A DNA stretch of 63,733 nucleotides. Source: Selaginella moellendorffii. Taxonomy: Eukaryota > Plantae > Lycopodiophyta. The stretch covers positions 336,477-400,209 of the forward strand of contig NW_003314382.1 of assembly GCF_000143415.4 (NCBI RefSeq), written 5' to 3'. This document shows positions 38,830 to 50,997 of this stretch, piece after piece (position 1 is the stretch's first letter; each line of letters starts with the position of its first letter). The position numbers and the translations under genes were made by a program. Under the pieces are notes generated by a model. The model had not been told where the DNA came from. It searched no databases and saw only the letters and a list, made by a program, of their open reading frames with translations.

Positions 38830-40719
38830 CTAAGTTTTTTCTCGCATTGTCAGTTTACAACGAGGAGTCTGGCCTTCGTGGAGAAAGATAAGTGGCTCGA
38901 GCTCATCGCGCTGGCTTCTACGCGCATCCAACAAGCTCGTCCATGTAGCATGGTCGGGATCAAACGGCATGCTTTTGAGCAAACTCTCGGCCTCCTCCAC
39001 CCTGCCAGCTCGGCCCAGGAGATCAACCATGCTGTTGAAGTGCTGAGCACTCGCAGCCACTCCAAAGTCCTGCTTCAGCGACACAAAGTTCTTCCAGCCT
39101 TGATCCAGCAGCCCCAGGTAACAACACGCAGCCAGAGCTCCAAGGAAAGTCATTTCATTCGGTTGCTCGCCGTCCATCTTCATCCTCGAGCAGGCTTCCA
39201 GTGCTGACGCCGCAAAGCCACTGCAAGCGTAGCCTTGCACCATCGCAGTCCAGGACACAGAGTTCTTCATCGGCATTGCCTCGAAGAGAAAGCTTGCTCG
39301 GGCCAGATCTCCGTTTTGAGCGAAGGCTTGCAACATGATCGTCCAGCTTACAACGTCCCTCTCGGGCATGGCATAGAAAGTCTCCATGGCCTGGCTGATA
39401 TGCCCATTCAGCGCATATCCCCTCACCATGGCTGTCCAGGATACCAAGTTTGGAGTGGGCATTTGGTCGAAGATGGCTCTGGCGTCGTCCACGAATCCAC
39501 TCAGCGCGTAAGCATTGAGGAGAGTTGTGCTGGAGACAACGTTGGTTCGAGGCATCTCCTGGAACAAGCACACGGCCTCTTCGATCCGTCCGTGGAGAGC
39601 ATACCCCTGGAGCATCGCGTTCCAGGCTACCAAGTCACGCTCTAGCATCGAGTCGAACAAGCTCCTGGCTTCTTTCAAGTCGCCACCTTGGATGTATCCC
39701 TGGATCATCGTCGTCCAGGACGTGAGGTTGTGCTCGGGCATGGCGTCGAAGATCTCCCTGGCTTTCTTCAAGCACCCATTGTCGAGGCAGGCCTTGATCA
39801 TCACGGTGGACGAGACCAGGGATGTCTCGGGCATCATCTCAAACACCCGAGTCGCCATGTCCATGAGGCCGGCATTGGCATAAGCAGTGATCATACAAGT
39901 CCATGAGAGCTCGTTCCTCTCTGGCATCTTGTTAAAAACTCTCTCGGCCTCTTCCAGGTCCCCATTATTTACGTAGCAGGAAACCATTGTCGTCCACGAA
40001 ACCACATTCTTGAATGGTGTGCTCTCAAACAGTCTCCTTGCCTCGACAATCTTCCCGTTTTTGCCATGCAGCCAAACAATGGCATTCCAAGACATAACGT
40101 TTTTCTGTGGCATCCTCGAAAAGAAAAGCTCTGCTTGGAGTAATTCCCCAGCATCAACATAAGCTTGGAGCATCAAGTTCCAAGTCACTGCGTTTTTGTA
40201 AGGCATGAGCTCAAACGTACGTCTAGCCTCCTCCAAATGGCCATTTTTGGCAAATGCGGTAACCATAGTGTTCCAAGCTACAACATTTCTTTCTGGCATT
40301 ATTTCGAAAAGAGAGATTGCCTCGCACATCTGACCGGCTTTTATGTAGGCATTTAGCATTATGTTCCAGGAAACCATGTCCTTTTCGGTAAATCTATCAA
40401 ATTCTGCCTTTGCTGCCTGAAGATGCCCATTTCGGGCGTATGCAACGATGAGAGCGTTCCACGAGAATTGATTGGGATCTTGTATGGAATCAAACGCCAG
40501 CTTTGCGTTCTGTGAGCTGCCACATGTTCCATACATCTGGATGAGCAGATTTCCAAGGTACCTGCTTGCTCGGTGCTCTGTCTGCAGGATCAAATAGTGG
40601 ATGTTCTTGCCGTCTCTCAAGTTGCTGCATGTTCGTAAATTTTCCGCGAGCTGTGCTTCCAGTGCCTCAGAGGCAGTGAATGGAGTTCTGCCCAAGTCTC
40701 TCAGCTCAACTATAGACAT
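38830..40719 (-). CDS. PLS-class PPR protein (long S-type array), truncated E, no DYW
   Basis: Intronless 629 aa; ~31-aa repeats; TFLGALAAC, HFNSMVDLLGRAG, MPFDPDHATWTSLL. Confidence 0.92.
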   Translation of the reverse strand: MSIVELRDLGRTPFTASEALEAQLAENLRTCSNLRDGKNIHYLILQTEHRASRYLGNLLIQMYGTCGSSQNAKLAFDSIQDPNQFSWNALIVAYARNGHLQAAKAEFDRFTEKDMVSWNIMLNAYIKAGQMCEAISLFEIMPERNVVAWNTMVTAFAKNGHLEEARRTFELMPYKNAVTWNLMLQAYVDAGELLQAELFFSRMPQKNVMSWNAIVWLHGKNGKIVEARRLFESTPFKNVVSWTTMVSCYVNNGDLEEAERVFNKMPERNELSWTCMITAYANAGLMDMATRVFEMMPETSLVSSTVMIKACLDNGCLKKAREIFDAMPEHNLTSWTTMIQGYIQGGDLKEARSLFDSMLERDLVAWNAMLQGYALHGRIEEAVCLFQEMPRTNVVSSTTLLNAYALSGFVDDARAIFDQMPTPNLVSWTAMVRGYALNGHISQAMETFYAMPERDVVSWTIMLQAFAQNGDLARASFLFEAMPMKNSVSWTAMVQGYACSGFAASALEACSRMKMDGEQPNEMTFLGALAACCYLGLLDQGWKNFVSLKQDFGVAASAQHFNSMVDLLGRAGRVEEAESLLKSMPFDPDHATWTSLLDARRSQRDELEPLIFLHEGQTPRCKLTMREKT

Positions 40720-43069
40720 GGTACATTCCCTTCAACACTTTGTGGTGATAATTTGGTGATAGTCTTATTTCCTTTATTAAATTTAATGTTCATGAATTAA
40801 GTCTGCTTTAAGGGCTCAAGGTTATACAATTTTTACCATAACGGTATAAATCAAGCTTTCTTCTATACATAGTTTAGATGTAAATAATATATAGGAAAAT
40901 TGATAAGGATAACTAAAACACTTTATCTCTCTCTTCAGCAATTGCTTGATAAGGATGTATATTCTCCAATATCCAACATGATTATATTTGCAACAATATT
41001 AAGCAAATTATTTATTATTTATTATCCATCACCAGTTCTTCTTTTGTAAATGGCTTGTTTTTATGTTCAATAGTGATTTTTCTATCTCCAAATAACTTGT
41101 TTTCTGTTATTTCATTCACCCTTCATAGATTTTTATCTTCCAAATAACCAGTTTTGTAGTTTCAAAGCCTTAGTAAACTTTCACTTTGCATTTTGATTTT
41201 TCCTTTCTCTTTGCATTTCCTTATATTTATTTCAATTATTCTTAAAAAATCCTTGTAACAATAGTTTGACAATACTTTTTTCAAAACCTCTCTTATAATT
41301 ATTTAATCACTAAAGTAAAAATTAATAGCTCGGAAAAGCATATAACCTTGCAAGTGAATCAAGCTCCTTAAATGGTTTAAGGATCCATTTATTACCTTTT
41401 GTATTATATAATACTAATACAATGTATGGGGTAATTTGTTTTAATAGAACATGAAGGACAATTTAATTCACTTGATTCCATTTATAGCAACTAATAAAAC
41501 TTCTTTCGCAATCGCAATTTAATTTCTCACAAAAATGTAATGATTTCTTTAAATAGAGTGTTTATTAATTCATCTTTGATAGAGATAAATTTCAAATACT
41601 TATCACAGTCTCACATGCTTAAAAAAACTTAATATAGATGTGCTCAAAAAGAAAAATATACAAACCTTCAAAATAGACATGATTATTTTAAGCATGATTA
41701 TTTTAATTAGCCCTTTTGCATGATTTTACTTTCAAAGATTTAATTAAAAGTCATTACTGGCTATTAAAAGGTATAAATCAGATAGTTTTTATAAGGTATT
41801 ATATCTTAAATACTCTTTTTTATGTAAAAAGATAAAGCTATAAAATCACATATTTTTATTTAATAAAACTCATCTTTTAAATATAAAAGAAAATTAGTAA
41901 TGAAAAAATGGAAGTATCATCTTAATCAAAATTTGTGTGTAATTATGTAATATGTTTACAGTTGACAAATGGTTCTCATATAATCTTTACTTTATTGGCT
42001 ATTATATTTTATATTAATGTTAAAGATTGTTATTGCATTACTTGATAAGTCATATGTGATATTTATATATTTTCTTTACGTTACGCATTGGGTTTACAAA
42101 GTTTATAACTTATTTTTAAAAAATTAATAAAGTTAATTCTTCTTTAACTTTATCATTATAGCTTTTAATTGCTTCTTTACTCACTTTTTTCTCATGCACC
42201 ATTTCTTATGCTCATTAAATATTGAAAATAATATTTAATTTTATAATTATTAATTTCTTTTAAATTTTATAGTTTTTAAATTGAGTATTTTTCTTTCAAA
42301 TTTTTTTATTTATTTATGTTATAAAGTCATGAGTTCTAACCATGTAACAAAAGTATAGAATAAAATTAAAATAAAAGTTACCAACTATAGTATTTAAATT
42401 TTCACTATTTCATTTAGATAATATGACGTAATTATTGTTTTTAATAATTATTTAATTTTCTGTTTACTAATTTATATATATAGTATATCAATATATTTAA
42501 AAACCTTTAGAAAATAAACTATTATCATTATAGATTTTTTTATAAATAAAATAAAAGGATTAAAAGTTATTTATAATACAATAGATTTTATGATAAAGCT
42601 ATATTTAACACCAAAAATAGTAATATAGCTTATATTCATTCAATAATAATTAAAAAATATATATATTTTTATTATCACTGCTTGAGTTCTTCTTCACTCC
42701 ATAAACGTCCATAAAAAACATTGTAGTAATATATAAAGTCCTCAAAAGATGAAATGATATAGAAATTAAAAGTTTTTAAAAACTGTTGTAGCAAAAAATT
42801 ATTAATGACTTTTGTCTAATTCATTAAGTTCGTGTATTTAACAACAACATTATATTTTATTTTATTTGCTAGTTGTATAAACTAATCAAATTTTTAAATA
42901 TTTACATGATTTTCACAATTATTTACAAAACTCATCTACAGGTTATCCATTGTTTTAGGGGTACAGATCTACAAAAGTAGAAATAACAAGCTTTTAAGTT
43001 TGTTTTATTTGACATTTAAAAATCAAATGAAATGGGTGCAGATTTTTTATAAAATCAACTATATACTAC

Positions 43070-43243
43070 TGTGAGGGCCAAGTGTACGGCTACGATGCCG
43101 TATACTAATATTAGCGTAGTGGATTTTGGTAGCCGTCGGATTGGTTTCAATCCGGACCACTCGCTCCTGTATATAAGCTAGGGTTTTTGGGCTAATTGAT
43201 ATGCACATTTCTATATTCCCTTTCTATATTCCATGCACTCACA
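43070..43243 (+). repeat. 5' LTR (174 bp)
   Basis: Direct repeat of 49621-49793; internal TATA-like TATATAAG. Confidence 0.95.
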
Positions 43244-43244
43244 T

Positions 43245-43260
43245 TGGTGGAGGTGAGGGG
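43245..43260 (+). promoter_or_regulatory. Primer-binding site, tRNA-Ala-like
   Basis: TGGTGGAGGTGAGGGG lies 1 nt after the LTR and complements the plant tRNA-Ala 3' end (...CCCCGCATCTCCACCA) with 2 mismatches. Confidence 0.65.
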
Positions 43261-43476
43261 CACCTTTGATTGTCCTTGGGGAGTGCTTGGATTTGGGATT
43301 TCGGTTTAGATCTAGCTTTTGCATTGTCTAGATCTAGCTTTTTCCATTTCCTTTCTTTTGTTCTTTCCTTTCAGAATTTTGGTTTAGATCTAGCTTTTTG
43401 CATTGTCTAGATCTACCATTTCTTTCCAGCTTTTTGTCATTTCTCTTCTTTTGCTCTTTCTTTTTCATTCATTTTC

Positions 43477-44409
43477 ATGGCCGATCCGCAATCTCCTCCT
43501 TTGACTCTAGAGCAGCAGTTGGTTCAATTGCTTGATGCTATGCACTTGCAATTGAACAACCAAACTCAATTGATGGCGGCGTTCACGGCACATGGTACAA
43601 CTCCTCCTGCTTTTGGTGCCAATCCTCGCGTTCGGCCGGAGTTCTTTCGTGGGAATCCTGGGGATGATGTGTACCATTGGTTCGATCACTTCACGGTGAT
43701 TGCCACATATCATTCTTGGGATGATGCTCGACGTTTACATGAGTTCCCCACATGTCTCCAAGGGACGGCATTGTAGTGGTACAATGGATTGAGCGCAGCT
43801 ACTCGTGGCGATTGGAGTGTTCTTCCGGACGTTTTCAAATGCGCCTTCGGACACGCCGACGATTGTGATGATGCCTTCCAACAATTGCATCGTCTTCGCC
43901 AAAGGCCATCTAAGTTGGTGATGCAATTTGGCGTTCGTTTCCGAAGTCTTTTGCTTCGTGCGGAGCCAAATATGTCGGAGCGGATCAAGCTAGGAATGTT
44001 GTGGCCAGCACTTCGTCAAGATCTTGTCGGACTTGTGCATGCACTTGCTCCTGCCACTCTTGACGATGCTCTTCGCTTGGCACAACGTTATGAGACGTCG
44101 CCTCTTCCACTTCTTGCTACACGTCCTTCAGCTCCACTTCCTATGAGTGATGGTCCTGTTCCCATGGAGGTTGATGCTGCTGCTACTCGAGTCCAAGGAC
44201 AAGGGCGAGGACGTGGTCGTGGCCGTGACATTCGTTGCTGGGCGTGTGATGAAGTTGGTCATACTTATCGGCGTTGTCGGCGCTTTCCGGATTGGCGACC
44301 TCCATTTCCTGGGTGGAGACCTTGGCGTCAGCAACGTCCCGTTGGTGCTGCTGCGGTGGAAGGTTTGGATACCGAGGTGCATTCAGGAAACGAGGAGTCG
44401 CGCGAGTAA
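43477..44409 (+). pseudogene. gag: gag (one premature TAG at 43774-43776)
   Basis: RPEFFRG capsid-like motif and zinc knuckle CWACDEVGHTYRRC; both ORF pieces are in one frame. Confidence 0.9.
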
Positions 44410-44883
44410 TGGAGGGACCTTGCACGAATAAGTTAGTGACCCCTCCATCTTTCTTTCGGGAGTATCATCAAGGGGTTCACTCGGCACCGGTTCATCCAAT
44501 GTTTACTTTCCAAGCTCGTTTTTATAACAAGAGGTCTCCTATTCTTCTCTCCGTGTTGGTTGATACAGGTTCGAGTTTATCTTCTATTGCTCGACCTGTT
44601 GCTACACGTTGTCGTCTACACTTGCGTCGTGCGGCGGATCCAGTTTTCATTCTTTATGGCAACGGTCGTACACATGCATGTGCACGAGATGAGGCGGACC
44701 TGGTTGTGCGTGTGGGCGATCTCGAGCTTGAGTTGCAGTCGTTGCGGGTGGTGCCGAGTCAAGCTTTTGACCTCATTCTTGGTATGGATTGGTTGCAGCA
44801 CAATCATGCCAAGTGTGACTTTGAGGCTTCTCCCCCTTGTCTCATACTTCTTTATGTTTCATCCATTCCTCTCACTTCCGTAC

Positions 44884-46593
44884 TGTGAGACACAAAATCC
44901 CTAGGCCCCAAAGTGGAGCTGGAAGGGCGCCACGTGGTAGTGGCCGAAGCGAAAACCAAACAAGCGTAACACGTTTGGACTAAAAGTTCCGACTTGAAAG
45001 GTTGAGAGCGGGAGTGGAACTCCCAACAAAGTGCTCGAGGAATGAGCACGAAGCGAGCAATAAGCGAGGCTCCAAAAAGGGACCCAAAGGGACCAACACA
45101 TGACACGTGGAGGAGTCCGAGATGAACCTGAGATGGAGTCCGAGATGGAGTCCGAAATGGAGTCCGAGATGGAGTCCGAGATGGACCTGAGATGGAGTCC
45201 GAGGTGGAGTCCGAGGTGGACCCGAGATGGACCCGAGATGGAGGCCGAGGTGGAGTCCGAGGTGGACCCGAGATGGACCCGAAATGGAGTCCGAGATGGA
45301 GTCCGAGATGGACCCGAGATGGAGTCCGAGATGGAGTCCGAGATGGACCCGAGATGGGACCCGAGATGGACCCGAGATGGAGTCCGAGATGGAGTCCGAG
45401 TTGGAGTCCGAGATGGACCTGAGATGGAGTCCAAAGTCGAGACCGGGACCAAGACCGAGACCGGGACCGAGACCGAGACCGAGATCGGGACCGAGACCGA
45501 GACCGAGGCCGAGCCCAAGTCCGAGTCCGAGTCCGAATCCGAGTCCGAGTCCGAGTCCGAGTCCGAGTCCGAGTCCGAGTCCGAGTCCGGAGCCTGAGAG
45601 GGTGAAAGCCCAAAGCGTTCGTCTCCCAGACCCTGGGGGGTTTGGTGAGCTCCAAAAGTATAGTAGGGGGAGGACTGCAGTGGAGCCAGTTTGGCCAGGA
45701 AAGGCCAGTTTGGCCCAGGAAGGCCGGACCCAGTGTTGGGTGATGAGCTGCCCACTGGGAAGTCCAAGACTAGAGTGAACACGAACCGACAAGCGGGGTA
45801 GCTTGGTGAAGTGTTCAAGAGCCGGCTCTAGTTCCCTCGGGAGATCGACTGGCCGATGCTCCCAGTCCAAGTGTGGGTGGCACTACCTACTTGGATACCT
45901 GTCGTGGCTCAATGGAACCTCGCTCTAAGCCCATGGCTAGAGCATCTAAAGGTGGAAGGCGGGGAGAGTACCCAGGTGGCTCGCGTAAGGCCACGGTGTT
46001 TCGAAATGTTGTCCCAAAGGCCTAGACTGTGGAAAGGAAGAGGAGTAGTCCTCTGGGGTAGTGACCAAGGACATAGTCGTGTGGTGAGGAAGTCCCCGAG
46101 GACCGTAGAACTTAGTGGTTGGGCCTATGGGCCTCGATCCAGTGGCAGTGTCGGCAAACACGGCCAGGGGCAGAAAGGGACTTAGTGGGGACTGACAGAG
46201 GGATACTAGGGAAGGCTATTCCCCTTGTCGGTGGGCATCCTAAGGATGCTAAAGAGTGGATCTGAGATGACCACTCATGGATGGTTTACCTAGTCTTGGA
46301 GAGCCAAGACTGTGATGCAAGTGGTATTGGACTACCAGTGTGGCAAAGGTGATTGGGCATGGCCTTAGCGTAACAGGCTGCTATGTCGGTGGTACCTTTG
46401 AGTGTCGGTCGTGGGATCGGACACGTGGAGCACTTGGACCAAGTGCAAATGTTGAGTGGCATGGATGCCATTCTCGGGGCTAGCAAGTCCCAAGTCCTAA
46501 ATCGGACTTATGGAGGTTGTGATTGAGACTCCTCCAAGTGGTCGGAGGTGTGGTTAAGTGACTAAAGTAGAATGGAAAATTTAGTTGCTTACA
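44884..46593. mobile_element. 1710-bp solo LTR nested in pol
   Basis: TGTGAG...CTTACA termini with a perfect 5-bp TSD CGTAC (44879-44883 / 46594-46598). The other two family copies have the empty site. Confidence 0.9.
45113..45590. repeat. Minisatellite array: GAGATGGAGTCC/GAGATGGACCC units grading into (GAGACC)n and (GAGTCC)n
   Basis: Directly visible tandem units inside the solo LTR. Confidence 0.95.
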
Positions 46594-49500
46594 CGTACCT
46601 CTTCGTCCCTCTACTTCTACCTCTGCTTCCATTACTTTTGTTCCCCCACTATTTCCTCTTGTGTTTCCATCTTGTTCTGCTCTTCCCTTTTCCGATCCCT
46701 CTGATGATTTTTGTGTTGCAGCTGTTGACCAGCTCATGAAGGAGTATTCTGATCTCTTTGAATTTGACCTATCGTCTGGGGCCAAGATTGCCACACGTCA
46801 TCCCATTCCAACCGGGGATGCTCGTCCAATCAAGGTTCCTGTTCGTCGTCGGTCACCCAAGGAGATCAAGATTTTACGTGCAAACGTCAAGGAGATGTTG
46901 GAGAAGGGTGTTATTCGGAAGTCGCGGAGTCCTTGGGCATGTGAACCTCATCTTGTGACGAAGCCTGATGGGAGTATTCGTTTCTGTATCGACTATCGTC
47001 CGTTAAATGAAGTGACGATCCCGGACGTGTACCCTCTTCCTCACACTGCTAATCTCTTGGATCGTCTGGGGCGAAGTCGTTGGTTCACCAAGCTAGATCT
47101 TGCTTCTGGGTATTGGCAAGTACCGATGGCTAAAGAAGATATTCCTAAGACTGCTTTTCGTACACCATTTGGTTTGTACGAGTTTTTGGTGATGCCGTTT
47201 GGTTTGAACAATGCTCCAGCAACTTTTCAGCGGATGATGGACAAGGTTCTTTGTGATATGCCGGAGGTGACGGCTGACTTCATTGATGATGTTTTGATCC
47301 ACTCGGAGGGGACGTGGGAGGAGCATGTTTGTGATATTTGTAAAGTGTTGGATCGGCTACGCGACGTTGGTTTAAAGCTGAAGCGGTTGAAGTGCGTGTT
47401 TGGGTCCAAGGACACAACTTATCTTGGGTACCGTATTTCTCGTGAGGGTTTGCAAGTTGATCCTGACAAACTTGTGGCTGTTCTAAAGTTCCCTACTCCA
47501 AAGTGTGTGAATGATGTGCAACGCTTTTTGGGTAAGGTGCAGTATCTCGGTCGTTTTGTGGATCATCTTTCCGATCGCACTACACCATTGCGAGCGTTGC
47601 TGAAGTCATCAATGTTATCTTTCATCTGGTCTCCCGATTGTGAGCGGGCGTTCGTGAATCTCAAAGAGCTATTGACGACTCCTCCGGTTTTGGCATATCC
47701 TGACTACACTCGACCTTTTATTTTGTGCGTGGATGCTTCTGACATTGGTCTTGGAGGTGTGTTGATGCAAGAGAGCTCGAGTGTGCCTGGTCAGCGCCAT
47801 CCCATTGCATACATCAGCCGTACATTACAACCAGCGGAGATGAACTACTCCACGACGGAGAAGGAGTGTTTAGCAGCAGTCTGGGGTTTCGAGAAACTTC
47901 ATGCATATCTACATGGTTCTCGGATGTTACTTGAAGGTGACCATGCTGCTGTTACTTCATTATTGAAGCGGAAGAACCTAGTTGGTCGTACGGCTCGATG
48001 GGCTTTGAAGCTTCAGATATATGATTTCGATGTTGTTCATCGCCCAGGGAGTTCTATGGCTGATGCTGATGCCCTTTCTCGAGCTCCTCTTCCTTCTCCA
48101 CTCACTTCTCATGTTTCTGACGAACCTGTTGTTCCAGCATCTGTGGATTTTCTAGATGAGGATTCTGTGCCGTCGGCGGTTGCTGTCCTTGACGTTCAGT
48201 GTCCACAGGGCGTAGAGCAAGATCTACCTTCTCTTGATGAGGTTCGCGAGGCTCAAAAGATTGAGCCGTGGATTTGAAGGCTTCGAGATGGGTTTGAGAA
48301 TTCTGCATCACTTGCTGATGACTTGCCTTTTCGGCATTTACATTCTCAATATCGCCTTGAAAATGGCCTTCTTTATTTTGTGGGGACGGATCCTACTGAT
48401 CATTTACGGCTGGTGGTGCCTTTGGTGTTTATTCCACGGTTTCTCCATGCCTACCATGATTCTACTATTCTAGGTTGGCATATGGGACACCGTTGTGTCA
48501 CCGAGAAGCTGCGCAGATCTTTCTATTGGCCAGAGATGCGACGTGATATTATCCGGTATGTGCGTAGCTGCGTTTGGTGCCAAGCTCGTAATACTCCCCC
48601 TTGTGCTGCGGAAGGACGGTTGGAGTCAATTGCAGTTTCTCGTTCGTTTGAGTTGGTGGCGTTTGATCTTATGGGACCTTTTCCGCGATCAACTGTTGGC
48701 AATGAGTATGTTATTATTGCTTCTGACTACTTGACTCGTTAGGTGGAAGTTGGTGCTCTTGCTAGTGCCTCTGCAACTGTTGTTGGATACTTCCTCCTCA
48801 ATCGAGTGGTATTCCAGCATTCTTGTCCAGAGCGGATTCTTTCGGATAATGGTCCTGCATTTATGGCTGAGGTATTTCATGTTTTGACATCTCGGTTGGG
48901 GATACACCACACTTTTACGAGTGCTTATCATCCACAATCAGACGGTCTGGTGGAACGGCTCGTTCGGACATTCAAAGGGATGATTGCGAAGTATGTGAAC
49001 TTTCAACATTCGGATTGGGATGGTTATTTGCCGTCTCTTCGGTATGCCTATGTCACAAGGGTGCAGAGTTCTGTTGGTGCTTCACCATATAAACTTCTAT
49101 ATGGTCATGATCCAATATTACCAACTGAGCTGGGTTTACCTTCGCGATTGCCACGAGCTCCTGATGCTAGGTCATAGGATCAATATTTGACAAGCATTCT
49201 TCCACTTGTCCGAGCAGAGTCTGCTGAACACTTAGGCCGCGTACAAGTGAGACAACAACGGCGCTATAATTCCCATCATCGTCCACCTGCGGAGTACAAA
49301 GTGGATGATTTGGTGTTAGTCCGTTTTCCCCATCTTACGGTACGTGGTTTATCTAAGAGGCTCCTTGCGCAGTGGAAAGGACTGTATCGGGTGTTGCAGC
49401 AAGTTGGACCACAAGTTTATGAGGTTCAGCATGACGTTCAGCAGGCCGATCCTCCGGAGATTGTGCATGTGCAGCGGTTAAAACGCTTCATACAAAGGGA

Positions 49501-49620
49501 TCAGGAGCAGTTAATACCATCTATAGATCCACCAATGCCTCCTCCTGACGTTCCTCCAGATCCCGGCCCATCTACAAGAGAACCCTGACAGCCTTCCATT
49601 ATTCCGAGAGGAGGGGATGA

Positions 49621-49793
49621 TGTGAGGGCCAAGTGTACAGCTACGATGCCGTATACTAATATTAGCGTAGTGGATTTTGGTAGCTGTCGGATTGGTTTCA
49701 ATCCGGACCACTCGCTCCTGTATATAAGTTAGGTTTTTGGGCTAATTGATATGCACATTTCTGTATTCCCTTTCCATATTCCATGCACTCACA
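49621..49793 (+). repeat. 3' LTR (173 bp), preceded by PPT at 49606-49618
   Basis: Direct repeat of the 5' LTR, followed by the TSD CTAC. Confidence 0.95.
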
Positions 49794-50997
49794 CTACCAG
49801 TTAGTGGTTTGGAAATAAGAAATATTTTGAAAGGTTTTAGATTTGGTAGAAAAAATATAGCCAATATTATATAGAATTTATGCCAGAAGGCCCTAACACC
49901 ATTGAGGCCTGAATGTTATGGCTAAAAAAATTGGTAGTAGTTTCTAGCATTATTTCAGTGATGCTACTAGACTAAAGGGGATCATGCGATATCTATCTGC
50001 TCTGAACATAGGATGATTGGACAAAGAAAATAGGAGCTTATTCATCTAAAAAATGAAAGCATTAAAACTACAACATGATAAAATCGATTCATGAATACAT
50101 TCACACAAGATAGCTTCATCTATATACGTAGTTTAGTACTTACAATAAATCAGACAAGAAACAGAGGAAAGGTGGAGCTCATTGTCGCTGGGGATCTTGT
50201 CACTCCCATTGTAGATCAACACAGAAAGTGAGACGTGAAATTCATGCAAGCAGTGACGAACACTTTCCTTGAGTAGAAATGCATGCCTCAGTGTCTCCAC
50301 CAAAACATTGCGGGGGAGCTGAGAGGATTCCCATAGAAAGGCTTCACCTCGGCATCCCAAGAGAAATCCACAGTTGACCCAGATCCCCCAAAGAGATGGG
50401 CATTTGCTGCTGGAGGGAGCTTTTGTCGAGCAGCTGAAACTTCTTCTCAAACTCGCGCATCCGCGCCTAGCACTCATGATCTGACCACGCATACCAGTGA
50501 TCGTCACTTAGGTTCGGTGCCCCATCATTAACCGCGTGGTGGCAACAATTCCCATGCTCCCGAAAGCACCCGTGATTTTTCATGGCCCAGATGACGCGAA
50601 AGAGGTTGTTCTTTGCTGATCACCACCTTTTTGGAGAAGCCGGCTTGGTCCTATACATGAGTTTCTCCCCTACAAGCAATTGTCATATCGCCATCCAGCT
50701 TTAAGAGTCCAGCGTTTTCACCCTCCTGGGATTCTCCTCCTCGCTCGAGAGATTCCAGCGAGTACACCTCGAAGGGATCTTTTCAGCCAAAGCCTTGTTT
50801 CGCTCCGCCGCTGCCGAGATGCCGATGCTCACGCTTGAGAGCGCATAGAAATTCATGGCCTAAAGAGTAAAAAGTGAGAGAACCAAGGTGTCGTCCAAGT
50901 CCACAAACACGGCCATGATTTAAGACTGCGCCATCTAAATAAAACAATTAATCAAACATTTTATTTAAACAATCCATTTTTCTGGAACATTCTAGCT

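Larger units (their letters stand above)
44385..49588 (+). pseudogene. pol: pol in the -1 frame relative to gag, interrupted by a 1710-bp insert and three nonsense codons (48275, 48740, 49175)
   Basis: VLVDTGSS, DLILGMDWL, LDLASGYWQ, MPFGLNNAPATFQR, FIDD, DAS, DLMGP, SDNG, GLVER. The frame is continuous once the insert and one TSD copy are removed. Confidence 0.92.
43070..49793 (+). mobile_element. Full-length Ty3/gypsy LTR retrotransposon (youngest copy; no recognisable chromodomain)
   Basis: TG..CA LTRs at 43070-43243 and 49621-49793 differ by 5 transitions and 1 indel. TSD CTAC; PBS TGGTGGAGGTGAGGGG; PPT GAGAGGAGGGGA. Domain order gag(CCHC)-PR(DTG)-RT(FIDD)-RH(DAS)-INT(HHCC, DDE, GPY/F-like). 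Confidence 0.97.

Noticed and set aside
45113-45590. Possible CRISPR array
   Set aside because: No unique spacers; it is a tandem repeat in eukaryotic DNA.
44852-45870. Long SD/RT/GL-repeat ORFs resembling adhesins
   Set aside because: Artefacts of the stop-free minisatellite inside a solo LTR.
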